A stretch of DNA of 64,000 bases from Eledone cirrhosa (lineage: Eukaryota), in the NCBI GenBank assembly GCA_964016885.1, contig OZ024760.1, positions 4,216,001-4,280,000 of the forward strand, in the 5' to 3' direction. Positions 37,786 through 51,745 of this stretch are shown one piece after another (positions within the stretch are counted from its first letter, which is position 1; each line of letters opens with the position of its first letter). The notes under the pieces were generated by a model, which was not told where the DNA came from, searched no databases, and saw only the letters and a list, made by a program, of their open reading frames with translations. A program made the translations under genes and the position numbers.

Positions 37786-40700
37786 TCATCATCATCGTCG
37801 TTTAACGTCCATATTCCACGCTTGCATGTGTTTGGACGGGAGTTTTCCCACTTGAGGCAAGAGTGGTTGTCTTGCTCGCATAGGACTGTCTGGCGGGTTT
37901 TCTACGGCTGGATGCCCTTCCTACCACCATCCACATTTACAGTGTGGAACTGGGAGGTTTTTACCGTGTTACCTACACGGCCACATTACAGCGTGGACTG
38001 TGTGTTTTTTTTGTTGTGACACCTACACGACCTCATTTGTTTTGCCCTGGATGTTGTGGTACCAACATAACTTTACATTGAAAGGGACGGTGTGGATGCG
38101 GTAGGGGTAGTGGGACAGGGGTGTATTTTGTTAGAGGTGCCTACTGACTGTAGTAGGTTTTACTTTGTATTTAGGTAAGGCGGGTCTTCTCTATTACTGA
38201 GTACCGCCAAAGATCTCGGTCCAGTGACATTGTCTTGGAGAGGTGTAAGTGTGTGAGGTCGGAATTTATCAAGTCGTCCCAGGTTTTTCTGGGTCTGCCT
38301 ACTCTGTGGCTACCGTCTATTTTTATTGCCCTGCACTTTTTTATACAGCTGTCGTCTTTCATGTGCATCACGTGACCATACCAACGTAGCCTTCTCTCGA
38401 GTAAACAACATCTGATCCCTCTTATTTCTAATTTTTCCCTTAGTTCGTTAATGCTTTGCCGTTCACGTATATTACTATTACACATCCAGCGGAGCATGCA
38501 AGCTTCGTTCCTCTCTAGTTTGCGTATATCCTCTGCACACAATGCCCAGGTCTCACTGCCATGCAACATTGCTGTTCGTATGCAGGCATCATACAGCCTG
38601 CCTTTCATTTTTAGGGAGAACCCTTTAGCGGCTAATAGTGGTATAAGCTCTCTGAACTTTTTCCATCCAGTTCTGACTCTAGCTACTGTCCTACCCAGGT
38701 AACGGAAGCTGTCCACTATTTCTATAGAACCCTCTGTGCAATTGAAAGAGCTAGTATTTTGTGGGCACTTGCTGCTACTTATTGCACCAGAGCACCGGCC
38801 ACATGTAAAATCTATGTTCTTAGTTAGCTTACCTGTGATCCCACTACATCTTTTATGCACCAATACTTTGCATTTGGGACATAAAATGGAGTTTCTAACT
38901 ATGCCCTTCCTACACACTGAGCATGGCCATTTCCCGGATGGGACCGGCGCCCTATTTTCCTTCCTACAAACTAGAACTTTAGTCTTAGCCAAGTTAATTT
39001 TAAGGCCTTTTGATTCTAGGCCGTGCTTCCATGTTTGGAATTTCTTCTCTAGTTCGGCCATTGATTCAGCTATGAGCGTTAGATCATCTGCGTATAGGAG
39101 TTCCCATGGGCAGCCGGTCTTGAACTCCACTGTTATAGCCTGAAGGGCAATAATAAATAGTAGGGGGCTAAGAGCGGAGCCCTGATGAACACCAACTTTT
39201 ACGCTAAACTCTTAACTATATTCGTTGTTAATTCTAACCTTGCTGACTGTTTCTTTATACATGGCTTGTATAGCTCTCACAAGCCATTCATCAACACCTA
39301 GTTTTCTAAGAGCCCACCAGATAATGGAATGGGGGACTCTGTCGAAGGCCTTCTCCAAGTCGACAAAAGTTAAGTATAGGGGTTTACTTTTAGCTAGGTA
39401 CTTCTCCTGTAGTTGTCGTACAATGAAAAGAGCGTCTGTGGTACTTTTGCCTGACACAAACCCGAACTGCATTTCATCTAGATCAATTCTCTCTCTGATT
39501 AGTTGCCCTATTACTTTTTCCGTGACCTTCATGACCTGGTCGATTAATTTAATACCTCTATAGTTACTCCTATCTAGGGCATCTCCTTTACCCTTGTAAC
39601 AGTTAATGATGATGCTGCTATGCCAGTCCTTCGGAACAACCCCATTCTGTATGACTTGGTTTACTATCCGGGTGACCATGGTGTGTCCCACCGTTCCAGA
39701 GGCTTTCAGCATCTCAGCAGCTATTTCCGAAGGCCCAGCCGCCTTACCCGTCTTCATATCTTTGATTGCCTTACTTATTATACTACCTTCGACTAACACT
39801 GCTGGTCCCTCTATTGGATCGATGTGGGGGAGACTGTCTTTCTCCCATTTATTCTCCTCATTTAGTAGCTTTTCGTAGTGACACTTCCAAGCTACCTTCT
39901 TATCAGCATCAGTGATGGCAAGTACACCATCATCCTTAAGTACACACTTCTCCCCGACAATATCACGGTTTTCCTTCACACATTTCCTAGCAATCCTCAC
40001 CTCACGTTTTTGGTCCTCGCGTTGTAGAACATGCTTGAACTTTCTTTCCTCTGCTTCCCTTCTTGCGAAGTACACTTGTCTCCTAGCTTCCCTCCTGGCC
40101 ACTTGATAGTCTTCTCTACTTCCCCCATCCCGCCATACTTTCCAAGCCTGCTTTTTGGCGTTAATTGACTCCTCCACCTTACTGTTCCACCACCATGTTA
40201 CTCTCCTCCTGCCTATAGGCCTGCTCCAGCCACGGACTTCGTCTGCCGCCATCAGCAGGTTTGCTTTCAGGAATTCCCACTGTTCCTCTATATTGTACGA
40301 CTCAAAATGCTCTTCCTTACTGTCAAAAGCATCAAGTAATATGCTTTTAAATTTATTACTGGCTGTGGGGTCCTTTAGCTTCCATATTTTTCTCCTGAGG
40401 ATAGTCCTCTTCTGCTGTCGAGTACGTCTCGTCCTGACTATGAGGTCGCTAATTATGAGTCTATGTTGGGAGGTGCATTCTTCAGGGGGGAGGGATTTAG
40501 TGTTTACAACAGACACTCTGTCACGTCTTCTGGTAAGGATATAATCTACCTGGCTGGTATGTTCCCCTGATCTGTAGGTGATCAAGTGATTGTCTCGTTT
40601 TTTGAAGTTAGTGTTACAGATAGTTAGGTTATTTGCGTCACAGAATTCCAGGATTCTGGAGCCTTCTTCATTTCTAGTACCAAACCCATAGCCTCCGTGG

Positions 40701-41360
40701 ATTCCATCAAAGCCGTCACAATGTTGTCCAACGTGACCATTTAGGTCGCCAGCAATAATTATATAGTCACTGTCGGTTATTTGGGAGGTAGTGAGCATCA
40801 GTGTCTCATAGAAACTGTCTTTTATAGCGCCAGGCAGTCCGGATTGGGGTGCGTACGCAGATATTACCGTCACAGTAGTTCTATTTAGAACAAGTCTTAT
40901 TTTAATTATTCTGTCATTCACTCTATTTACTTCTATTATCTTATCCACCCATTTTTCTGCTAACATGATCCTACCCCACCCAGCCCATTGTCATTTCCCA
41001 CCCAGAAAAGCTTATAGCATCGTTTTTTACCCACAATGAATCTAGCAGACCCGCCCCTCCACCTGGTCTCTTGGATACAGCAAACATCAACCTCCTTACG
41101 TACAAGCATTTCTACAACCTCGTTAGAGCGGCCTTTTAAGGTGCCTACATTCATGGTACCAACTCTGAAGTTTTGGATTGCGTTTGGTGGGTGGGGCGCA
41201 GAGAAGGGTGAGGTGGATGGGGTTGGGGTTATGTTGGCCATCGTCCGGCAGCATGAGGTGAATTTGTCGTTATCTTTGGCATTGTCTTCGGGTGTCCAGA
41301 TTCTTCAGACTCTCCAGAAATTCCTTAGTCCATCCATCATATTGAAAAGCAATCAGAAGT
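37786..41360 (-). mobile_element. Near full-length RTE-clade LINE (APE endonuclease + RT), frameshifted
   Basis: GTMNVGTL, CIQETRW, SAYAPQ, GDLNGHVG, SQVDYIL, SQHRL (APE); FVDLEKAFDRVP, LLYADD (RT); frameshifts near 40960 and 39210; ~380-bp 3' UTR ending in (GAT)n at 37786. Confidence 0.95.
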
Positions 41361-41575
41361 GATAGCATAGGCCGTTGACTTGTGATTGGTCCAAATAATA
41401 AGGTGGAGAGTGGGGGTGGGAGGGATGGGTATGGGGTAGTTTGCGAGGAGCAGGCTTATTCTTATTTATATTTGGTGCATAGCGAGTGAGAGAGCGACGT
41501 ATATGATAGAGAGAGAGTGAGGGTGAAAGCGATTTTAGAGGGCCGAGAGAGAGAGGCCATTTCTATGAATCCTGG

Positions 41576-41610
<35 letters not shown>

Positions 41611-41617
<7 letters not shown>

Positions 41618-44600
41618 CGTAGTTTAGAAAGCCACAACAATGCAGATGGGAAATCTCGAGGTAGGAAGTGAATGATAGATAGGAGAAATAGGAGAAAGTG
41701 AAAATTGAGAGAGACAAAGATGAAAACAAAACAAAGGTAGAAGGGTTACCGTAGTGGAGATTTAATCCCAATATTTCGGGCTCACGCCCATCAACGGGGG
41801 AAAGTTCCAAAAAGGGGGGGGGGGACAGGCTAAGCCGGAGAAAGTTGTGATGTTGTTAAAACAGGGATGCCGTTATGGGGAGAAAATTTAAATGAGGGAA
41901 AGAATGCGCGTGCGCGTGATAGGCTGTGGCAAAAGCTACTGACCAAATGGGTTAAATCAAGAGGGTGCGCTAGCGTGTGAAAGCCGTAAAATATGTGTGT
42001 GTAAATATATATGTGTGTGTAACTGTGTGTGTATATGTGTAAGTGTGTATATGTGTGAGTGCGTGTGTGTGTGAAAGATAGTGGGCTGTAGAAGCTGGAA
42101 ATCAAAGGGTGTGAAAGGTGGTAGGTTGTAAAAACATGTGTGCGTGTATAAATATAGATGTGTGTGTGTATGCGTATGGGTATGCATATACGTGCGTGTG
42201 TGTGAAAATAGCAGGCCATAAGGGCTGTGAATGGTCACTATGGTTAAATTAGCCATGTCAGCTCATTTCTCTCAGCCCGGTTGTTAAGTGGGGGGTCTGA
42301 GGTTCTTAATAACAAGTGCTTCCTTTATCCTTAAGGATCCGATGCTGCGTTCAGTCGCTAGGACTGTGACCAAGGGTCTACCCTGTGGGTTTCCGCATTT
42401 AAGGATGTGTTTACGGAAGGAAGATGCGTTGGTGTTGATATGTTCCTTGATACGAACATGTAGGGGTCGGATGGTGCTACCTATGTAAAACTTGTTACAT
42501 TTATCGCATTGAATCTTATATACGACATAGGTGCGTAGGCAATCTGCCCCCCGTATTTCCCCGCAGTTGCTGAGGGAACACGTCCCATCTGACTCGTCGG
42601 GTTTGTTGGAGAGGCATCTTCGCAGCGAAGGTCCTGTGTGGGCCAAATGTATGTCAAGTCCCTCCGTCCGTATGGCCCTGCGGATGGCGTTCGTGGTATA
42701 TTCACTCAGGTGGGGGATTTTAAAGAAGCACCTGCTTTTAGTTAAGTTTCTAGTGGGTGTCTGTCTATTGGGTCTGGGGTCTCTAATTCCGTTAATCAGT
42801 CGCTTGGGATATCCATTAGACTTGAGTAGATTACGGAATTGCATGGTATGGGTGAGACCACCCATCGGGTCGCTGCATCTGTTAGTGATCCGTGTCAGTT
42901 CATTTAGGACATAGCCTCTCTTAGCGTTGTTGGGGAGGGCTGAGTTGTAATGCACAAATAAGTCCTTGCACGCTGCTTTGCGGTAGAAGGTGGTGTTTAT
43001 GTCTCCTTCTTCCGAGATGTTGATACGGAAGTCGAGGAGGGCGAGTGACCCGTCTTCTCCTGGGTGTTCGATGGTGAAATCGACGTGATGGTCAGTATCG
43101 TTGAAGATACTGACCATCAACGATACTGACCATCACGTAGATTTCACCATCGAACACCCAGGAGAAGACGGGTCACTCGCCCTCCTCGACTTCCGTATCA
43201 ACATCTCGGAAGAAGGAGACATAAACACCACCTTCTACCGCAAAGCAGCGTGCAAGGACTTATTTGTGCATTACAACTCAGCCCTCCCCAACAACGCTAA
43301 GAGAGGCTATGTCCTAAATGAACTGACACGGATCACTAACAGATGCAGCAACCCGATGGGTGGTCTCACCCATACCACGCAATTCTGTAATCTACTCAAG
43401 TCTAATGGATATCCCAAGCGACTGATTAACGGAATTAGAGACCCCAGACCCAATAGACAGACACCCACTAGAAACTTAACTAAAAGCAGGTGCTTCTTTA
43501 AAATCCCCCACCTGAGTGAATATACCACGAACGCCATCCGCAGGGCCATACGGACGGAGGGACTTGACATACATTTGGCCCACACAGGACCTTCGCTGCG
43601 AAGATGCCTCTCCAACAAACCCGACGAGTCAGCAACTGCCCGATACGGGGGGCAGATTGCCTACGCACCTATGTCGTATATAAGATTCAATGCGATAAAT
43701 GTAACAAGTTTTACATAGGTAGCACCATCCGACCCCTACATGTTCGTATCAAGGAACATATCAACACCAACGCATCTTCCTTCCGTAAACACATCCTTAA
43801 ATGCGGAAACCCACAGGGTAGACCCTTGGTCACAGTCCTAGCGACTGAACGCAGCATCGGATCCTTAAGGATAAAGGAAGCACTTGTTATTAAGAACCTC
43901 AGACCCCCACTTAACAACCGGGCTGAGAGAAATGAGCTGACATGGCTAATTTAACCATAGTGACCATTCACAGCCCTTACGGCCTGCTATTTTCACACAC
44001 ACACACACGTATATGCATACCCATACGCATACACACACACATCTATATTTATACACGCACACATGTTTTTACAACCTACCACCGTTCACACCCTTTGATT
44101 TCCAGCTTCTACAGCCCACTATCTTTCACACACGCACTCACACATATACACACTTACACATATACACACACAGTTACACACACATATATACCCATACGCA
44201 TACACACACACATCTGTATTTATACACGCACACGTTTTACAACCTACCACCTTTCACACCCTTTGATTTCCAGCTTCTACAGCCCACTATCTTTCACACA
44301 CGCACTCACACATATACACACTTACACATATACACACACAGTTACACACACATATATACCCATACGCATACACACATCTGTATTTATACACGCACACATG
44401 TTTTACAACCTACCACCTTTCACACCCTTTGATTTCCAGCTTCTACAGCCCACTTTCTTTCACACACTCTCACACATATACACACTTACACATATACACA
44501 CACAGTTACACACACATATATTTACACACACATATTTTACGGCTTTCACACGCTAGCGCACCCTCTTGATTTAACCCATTTGGTCAGTAGCTTTTGCCAC

Positions 44601-44952
44601 AGCCTATCACGCGCACGCGCATTCTTTCCCTCATTAAAATTTTCTCTCCATAACGGCATTCCTGTTTTAACGACATCACAACTTTCTCCGGCTTAGCCTG
44701 TTCCCCCCCTTTTTGGAACTTTCCCCCGTTGATGGGCGTGAGCCCGAAATATTGGGATTAAATCTCCACTACGGTAACCCTTCTACCTTTGTTTTGTTTT
44801 CATCTTTGTCTCTCTCAATTTTCACTTTCTCCTATTTCTCCTATCTATCATTCACTTCCTACCTCGAGATTTCCCATCTGCATTGTTGTGGCTTTCTAAA
44901 CTACGTATTTTACACATTTCACAATGCTTCAAGCAAACTTTAACACCCTCCC
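41611..44952. mobile_element. Penelope-like element B as a ~3.3-kb head-to-head inverted duplication
   Basis: 41611-43104 is the reverse complement of 43118-44912. Both arms encode the RT thumb and GIY-YIG (VVYKIQCDKCNKFYIGST...RIKEH). 40-bp tail at 44913-44952; (TA)n flanks. Confidence 0.93.
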
Positions 44953-44998
<46 letters not shown>

Positions 44999-45531
44999 AT
45001 AATTTCATTCAATACCACCAGCTCTCTCCCTTCCATTTTCCTTCTCTGTCTCTGTCTCAATCTACTCTCTCACAACTACTATCTTTTTCTCTCTATTTAT
45101 GACGGTGTCCGGAAAAACCCCTTATCTCGCGAACCCGTGCTCCAATTTTCGCGAAACTTGTTTTAGTCCATTTGTATTCCCATTTCAGGGGCAACTTCCT
45201 TTCAAAGTATTTTCCCATTATGCACCATTTTGCTGTATTAAATGACAGACAAGACAACAATCACATAGTTTTAGTAGTATATAGATTTTCTGAGTTCAAT
45301 TCCTGCTAAGGTCAAACACTCTTTGCTTTTCATCCGGGAGTCAGCAGGGGATTAAATATTGGTTTGTCCAATTAATTATATACACACCTTGCTTTCAAAT
45401 TTATGACCTTCAGATTATTATTATTATAATTACTGTTGGTGTTATTTTAGTATCATGATTCATGTCCTATTGATAAATATCTAGTGAACTGAATATTTGG
45501 TATATATAGATTGTGTGTGAGTGTGTGTATG

Positions 45532-45583
<52 letters not shown>

Positions 45584-45710
45584 GTGTGTACATATATATA
45601 TATATATGTGTGTATGTGTATATATATATATATATATGTGTGTGTGTATGTATGTATGTATGTGTATATATATATATATGTGTGTGTGTATGTATGTATG
45701 TATGTGTGTG

Positions 45711-45762
<52 letters not shown>

Positions 45763-46074
45763 ACATCACATATTTTATTAGTGTGAAAGAAATTTATTTA
45801 TTTATTATTGCTTTGTTGAATTCTTTGTTTTTATTACATTTTCCCTACTAACTTGGGTGGGGCTGTTAAAAATCATGATACTGCTGGCTTTAACTTGTAA
45901 CATCCTGTAACAAGTTAGTTGAAAATATCTGAAAATGCATTTATTAATTCAGATGTTTGTAGTGTCTTTACTACTAAATAGATCTTTGTGAAAATTTGCT
46001 GTCCTAGAATAGTTCTCTATACACTGACATGTATGTGTGTGTGTGCATTTGCATACATTTATATGTAAGAGTAT

Positions 46075-46575
46075 AATAATAATGAAATTATTGTGTACAG
46101 TGCTCAGGTGCACTACAACTCATCAAAGGTGCATGTATAGTACATAGAATAATGTACAAATGTCAGGAAAATAAACAGTGTATGAGTCATGATATAATAA
46201 CAATAACAATAATGAAATATTGTGCACAGTGCCCAGGTGCACCACAACCCATCAAAAAAGTGCATGTACAGTACATAGGGCAATGCACAAACATCAGTAA
46301 AATGAACAGTGCACACATGTGTGCATGTGTATGGAAGGGGCACATCAGGTGTAGTTTTGGCGTATTTCGGGAAGCATGAGTGTCTTAAAGGATGCAGTGT
46401 CTCGGCAGCTAACAATTGACGCAGGCAGTTTGTTCCATGTTTCAGCAACTCTGAGCGTGAAAAAATGTCTGCGAAAGTCATGGGAGCTGTGCTGTTTTCT
46501 TATCTTGTAGGCATGTCCACGTGTGTTAGACACATGGAGATCAAAGAGGCGCTCAGGGTTGCAGTTGGCGAGATG
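46075..46575 (-). mobile_element. CR1-clade LINE 3' fragment
   Basis: TRGHAYKIRKQHSSHDFRRHFFTLRVAETWNKLP is the typical CR1 ORF2 C-terminus; duplicated 3' UTR end. Confidence 0.78.
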
Positions 46576-47739
46576 GTTAAAAACTTATATAAATATAAAC
46601 ATGCAGACCTGCTTACAAAAATACACACTCACAGACATTCATTCACACACACACACACACATACACAGCATACTTTTTTCACCATCCCCTGCCTTCCTTT
46701 TACACACAGATTCACGCATCAGCACACGTAAAGAGAGAGGAGTAGTATGAGGTAGTCAAACTATTCCTCTCTCTTTACATGTGACAGAATCGCAGAAATT
46801 TATATATAGATTATCCCTTAACAATCTGCAATGATTTAGCAGAAAATATTTCAAACGAGGTTTCTTTCTTCAAATGTTTATAGTATATTTTCTAGTGGAC
46901 AGATCGTTGGAAAACTTTTCAGAACTGATCAAATTTGGGAGCGTCTGTCAGTTTTGACTATGGGTGTTCCAGTTGTTTGATCAATGGAACTGCCTGCTCA
47001 TGAATTTAACATGTAAGTGGCTGCGCATTTAACAGACATGTGTACACTAAATGTCGCAGAAATGCTATCACTTAAAATAAAATTTTTGCTGGATATAAAC
47101 AATATTTGATAAGGGTGAGGGCGATTATTCAGAAGCCAAGAGTATTCAATTTCTTTTGAAGTGTAGGCTGACACTTGCCCAAGATACTATGCACTGGGAT
47201 CTAATGATTGTGAAGCAATAGTTTTAATTAGTCAGTCATACATATTTAATGTGATGTTACCATAGTGTTGTTATGTACCTTTTTTTCAAGAATAATGTCT
47301 TGTTGATATAGGAAGTTAAAGCTGTTGAACTTTGAAATGTGTCATTGAACCAGTTAACTAAATTTGGTGAGATCAAAACAAGCAGGGTTATATATCATCA
47401 TCATATATATATACTTTATTTTATATAGCTTACATTTTATGAATACTAAATGCTATTGGTAGCAAGTTTCTAACAGGAGCCAATCACTAGCTCTCCTCAC
47501 TAATTTCTTGTATTTACAATGATCAGAGTATCAAGGGGAGCATCTCTGCAACTCCAATGGAGCAATACCATAAATTCTGCCAATATTACAAACCATATTT
47601 ATTTTCTTCTTGTCAAAATTAGCAAATGTGATGTCAATCTGATCTAGTGGTTAGTGTTGGACTCTCAATCATAAGGTCATTTCTTGGTTCTATTCCTTGA
47701 CCATGTGGTGCATTGTGTTAGTAAACCTTTTACCATTTA

Positions 47740-48545
47740 ACCCTTTAACATTCACATTATTCCCTATTTACTATTGTATTTTCACAGTAAAGGCTTTACC
47801 TTACATAATTATCTCACATAATATTGAATTGAGATTTTGATATTATTTACTTTGAGAATAATACCTTACTGTAGGTATGAGCAGCCAGTTACAGCCAGTT
47901 TGAACAGAAAGAGGTGGAGAATTCTGGCCAGATACGGCCAGTTTAAATACTAATGAGTTAAACCGGCCATATCCAGCCAGAATTCTCTCATCTCTTTCTG
48001 TTCAAACCGGCTGTAACCGGCCACTCAACTGATGTTAAGGTATTGTTCTCAAAATGAATAACACCAAAATCTCATAGATTCGATATTATGTGAGATAATT
48101 ATGTAAGATAAATACAATAATCATCATCATCGTTTAACGTCTATCTTCCATGTTAGCATGGGTTTAGACGGGAATTGTCCCACGTGAGGCAAAATTGGTT
48201 GTCTTGCTCGTATAGGACTGTCTGGCGGGTTTTTTACGGTTGGATGCCCTTCCTAACACCAACTACGTTTACAGTGTGGACTGGGAGGTTTTTACCGTGT
48301 TACCTCCACGGCCACATTACAGCGTGGACTGTGTTGTTTTTTTGTCATGACACCTACACGACCTCATTTATTTAGTACTGGATGTTGTGACACCAACATA
48401 ACTTTAGGTGTAGATGGGGTGGGGGTAAGGGTAGTGGGATGGGGGTATATTTTTGGTTAGGAGGTGCCTACTGACTGTAGGTTTTGCTTTGTACTATATA
48501 TATATATATATAGAGAGAGAGAGTAATGTAAATGCCAAAGGGTTA
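47740..48545. mobile_element. Two adjacent piggyBac-like MITE copies in opposite orientation; the second is interrupted by an RTE 3'-UTR element (48120-48493)
   Basis: TTAA junctions; same body as the other MITE copies; the insert matches 37786-38165. Confidence 0.7.
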
Positions 48546-48628
48546 AAACAAAAAAATACTGCCTTTATTTCATCATCACCCCCATTTATGTGTATTTTTA
48601 ATGCTTGCATTTCATTTTGTTTTTCCAG

Positions 48629-48763
48629 GAGGTGCTGAAGAGGCCAACCATCACCCCAGACTCCAGCAGTAAAGTACCAGTAGCAATTAGACAGCGTTAT
48701 CTTAATCTGATTATTGATGAGTATGTGAAGCTGATTGATTCTGAATGGGAGGCTATGAAGAAG
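48629..48763 (+). CDS. REXO1: REXO1 exon (EVLKRPTITPDSSSKVPVAIRQRYLNLIIDEYVKL...)
   Basis: ttttccag| acceptor, AAG|GTGAGC donor; 135 bp. KVPxxIRQRYLNL is the conserved REXO1/EloA-BP1 motif. Not in the ORF track. Confidence 0.93.
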
Positions 48764-49599
48764 GTGAGCACTTAGATCTCTTGTGCCAACCATATGTTTA
48801 TACGATTGTGTTACATATTTATACCATGGTGTCACACGTGTTTATATAACTGCCACTCACATATTGATACCATGGTGTCACACACATGTTTATACAATTG
48901 TGTCACTCACATATATAAACCCTGGTGTCACACACATGTTTATACAGTTGTGTCACTCACATAATTATACCACGGTGTCATACTGATGTTAAGGTATTGT
49001 TCTTAAAATAAATGATATCAAATTTTCATAAGTTTGATATTATGTGAGATAAAGCCTTTACTATGAAAATATAATAGTATATATAGAGTAAAATTATGAT
49101 GGAAGATTTTTTGATAACTATAAACATTTAACTCTTTTGTTACCATATTTCTAATGAAAGACACTGTTGGTGTTTGGAACATAACTTAACAAAATATAAT
49201 AGTAAATATAGAGTAATGTAAATGCTAAAGGGTTAAAGCAGGGGTTTGCCATGGGTGGCCCACAACAGACTTCACTCTGATTGTGAGGTCCTTTTTTTTT
49301 TGGCAGCCTTTCACCAACCCTTTTACTTACCTCTTACAACATACAGAAACACAGTGTACATATTCTAAACCGGATGCACACAGAGTACTACATTATTTAA
49401 AGGAATTTGTGCAGCGAAGTGCCAGTGATAGTAGTATGTAAAATATCATACGGTCCTCTCCATTTTATTGGACCTTTCAGTTAAATTATGAAGAAATCTC
49501 CTCATGTCTTTCCTCTACCTCCAGTCATGCCCATCTATACTGTGGAAAGTTCTGAAGTTGTTTGTTTTTTTGTTTTTTTTTCTCTATTTTGTTCGGTAG

Positions 49600-49786
49600 G
49601 GAGAAGAAGAAGAGAAAGATGTGTATCGCAGTTGTAACACCAAAGTTGGTTACTTAAACAAGGCCATTCACCTTATCAAACGTCTACGCAGTGGTTGTTT
49701 GGACACTCTCAAGAAACTACTGCCATCTAATAACCCATCACAGCTACCTTGCAAAGAAACAAAGAAGCTAGAGCATCGACTGACAG
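49600..49786 (+). CDS. REXO1: REXO1 exon (GEEEEKDVYRSCNTKVGYLNKAIHLIKRLRS...)
   Basis: T-tract then gtag| acceptor, ACAG|GTGAGT donor; 187 bp, phase 0/1; EEKxxY...YLN...KRLR motif. Confidence 0.9.
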
Positions 49787-49883
49787 GTGAGTGGTGATTG
49801 CTTCTCCCTTATTTTTTAAAATTTATTTTCTTTCTTTTTTTCTTCACCTGGGAATACTAAATTTTACTGGAAATTTATTTTAA

Positions 49884-50331
49884 CCCTTTAGCATTTAAAC
49901 CGGCCCATATCTGGCCAGAATTCTCTCACCTCTTTCTGTTCAAACCAGCTGTAACCGGTCGCTCATACTGATATTAAGGTATTGTTCTCAAAATAAATAA
50001 TTGTTTCTACTATTGGCACAAGGCCAGCAATTACTCAGTACATTACTGGTACTTTATTTTATCGACCCCGTAAGGATGAAAGGCAAAGTTAACCTCGGCG
50101 AGATTTGAACACAGAATGGCAAGGGCCGTAACTCTCTGCGTCAAAGCATGGTGTTCGACACTCTACCGATACTGCCAATCCACCGCCCTCTACCGATACT
50201 ACCAATCCACCGTTCTCAAAATAAATAATATCAAAATCTCATAGATTCAATATTATGAGATGATTATGTGAGATAAAGCCTTTACCGTGAAAATATAATA
50301 GCAAATATAGAGTAATGTAAATGCTAAAGGG
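49884..50331 (+). mobile_element. piggyBac-like MITE with a nested - strand SINE (50002-50211)
   Basis: TTAA|ccctttagcattta...taaatgctaaaggg|TTAA; the SINE is flanked by the 18-bp TSD gttctcaaaataaataat. Confidence 0.85.
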
Positions 50332-51128
50332 TTAATGTCTTGCTAATGCAGTTTAATGTGGTACAGAATGTTAAATACATGAAAATATATAATTCTATTT
50401 ATATGGATCGAAATTGAAACTTTTGAAAGATGGAAACGGGGATTTATACATGAATATCATCTATATATATTCTTAGTGAATAAATTATATTTACAAATTG
50501 TCTGTTTTAACAAATAAAACAGTTTATAAGCAGATGAAAAAGTCATAATTCTGATAAAATGAATCAAAACACAAAATTTCGAACTGTAGAAATAATTTAT
50601 CCTTGAAAATCATCTCTTTTAACAAATACTTCTTAACACACAGTGTTAGAATACAAGTATATGTATAATTCTGTGTAAATGAATCGGAAGCTTTATGGAG
50701 TCTCTAGAACGTAAGACAAAAATACATTACAGTATTTATTCTGGAAGTCTGCACTCAAGAGTTCAAATTTCATTGAGGTCAACTTTGCCTTTCCTCCTTT
50801 TGAGGCTTGATAAAATAAATACGGAAATGTAAAGTGGTGTCATGACAAAAAGCACCCAGTACTCACTGTAAATGAGGTTGGCATTAGCAAGGACATCCAG
50901 CTGTAAAAACCAAGCCAAAATCAGTTCTGTATGTGCAAGACATGGTCACTGACCTAGCATTGTCCATAACAATAAAATCCACCTAGCATGGAAAAATGTG
51001 CGTAAAACTGTGAGGATGATGATGTTGTTAGTATCATACAAGGTTCCTTGTAGTTGTTGTTATGACAATAATGATGGTATATGATACTGAAATTAATTTT
51101 GTATTTCTTCTCTTTTGTTCTGCTTCAG

Positions 51129-51266
51129 GTCTTGCCCTTTACGAGAGAGTAAAACAATATATTTTGACAGAAGAGGAACTGAGAGAGAACCACTTCCCAC
51201 GACCAGATGGACAGGGAAGGTCAAAATATTATTTATCAGATGTCACCAAAGATCCTTACTTACCCA
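51129..51266 (+). CDS. REXO1: REXO1 exon (GLALYERVKQYILTEEELRENHFPRP...)
   Basis: ttcag| acceptor, CCCA|GTTAGT donor; 138 bp, phase 1/1; LTEEELxENxFP motif. Confidence 0.92.
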
Positions 51267-51631
51267 GTTAGTATTATTGATTTTATTGAAGTACCCATGA
51301 TTTAGATGGTGGTGGTGGGGTGTTTAACACACGCATATACACACATGCATATATATTCTTTAAGACCAATTAGAGTGAGTTGGTGGTTGGGATATAGGGA
51401 GGATGTCTTGATTAAAAAAATGATGATGATTGAGGCTGTGTGTATTTGGTTTAGAACCTTGGATCTCTGTGTTGTGAGAGTCAACTAAAAGAGTTTGCAT
51501 AAGGAAGGACATTTAGCTGTCAAATATCCCGTCTCAAAATATCCTCTCCAAATCCATACCAACATGGTAAAGTGGTTGTAAAAAAAAAACGATGGTAATG
51601 ATGGTGATGGCTTATAATGTTGTTGTTGCAG

Positions 51632-51745
51632 GTGACGAGAGGTGTTGTTGCCGCTGTGGGAAAACTTATCGCGTTACCAGCAGTGGAAGGGCAGCTGTAG
51701 AAGATGAATGTCTCTACCACTGGGCCAAACCAGTACGGAGACGAT
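51632..51745 (+). CDS. REXO1: REXO1 exon, Cys/His-rich region (RCCCRCGKTY...ECLYHWAK)
   Basis: ttgcag| acceptor, CGAT|GTAAGT donor; 114 bp, phase 1/1; CxRCG...CxYHW motif shared by REXO1/Rex3. Confidence 0.93.
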
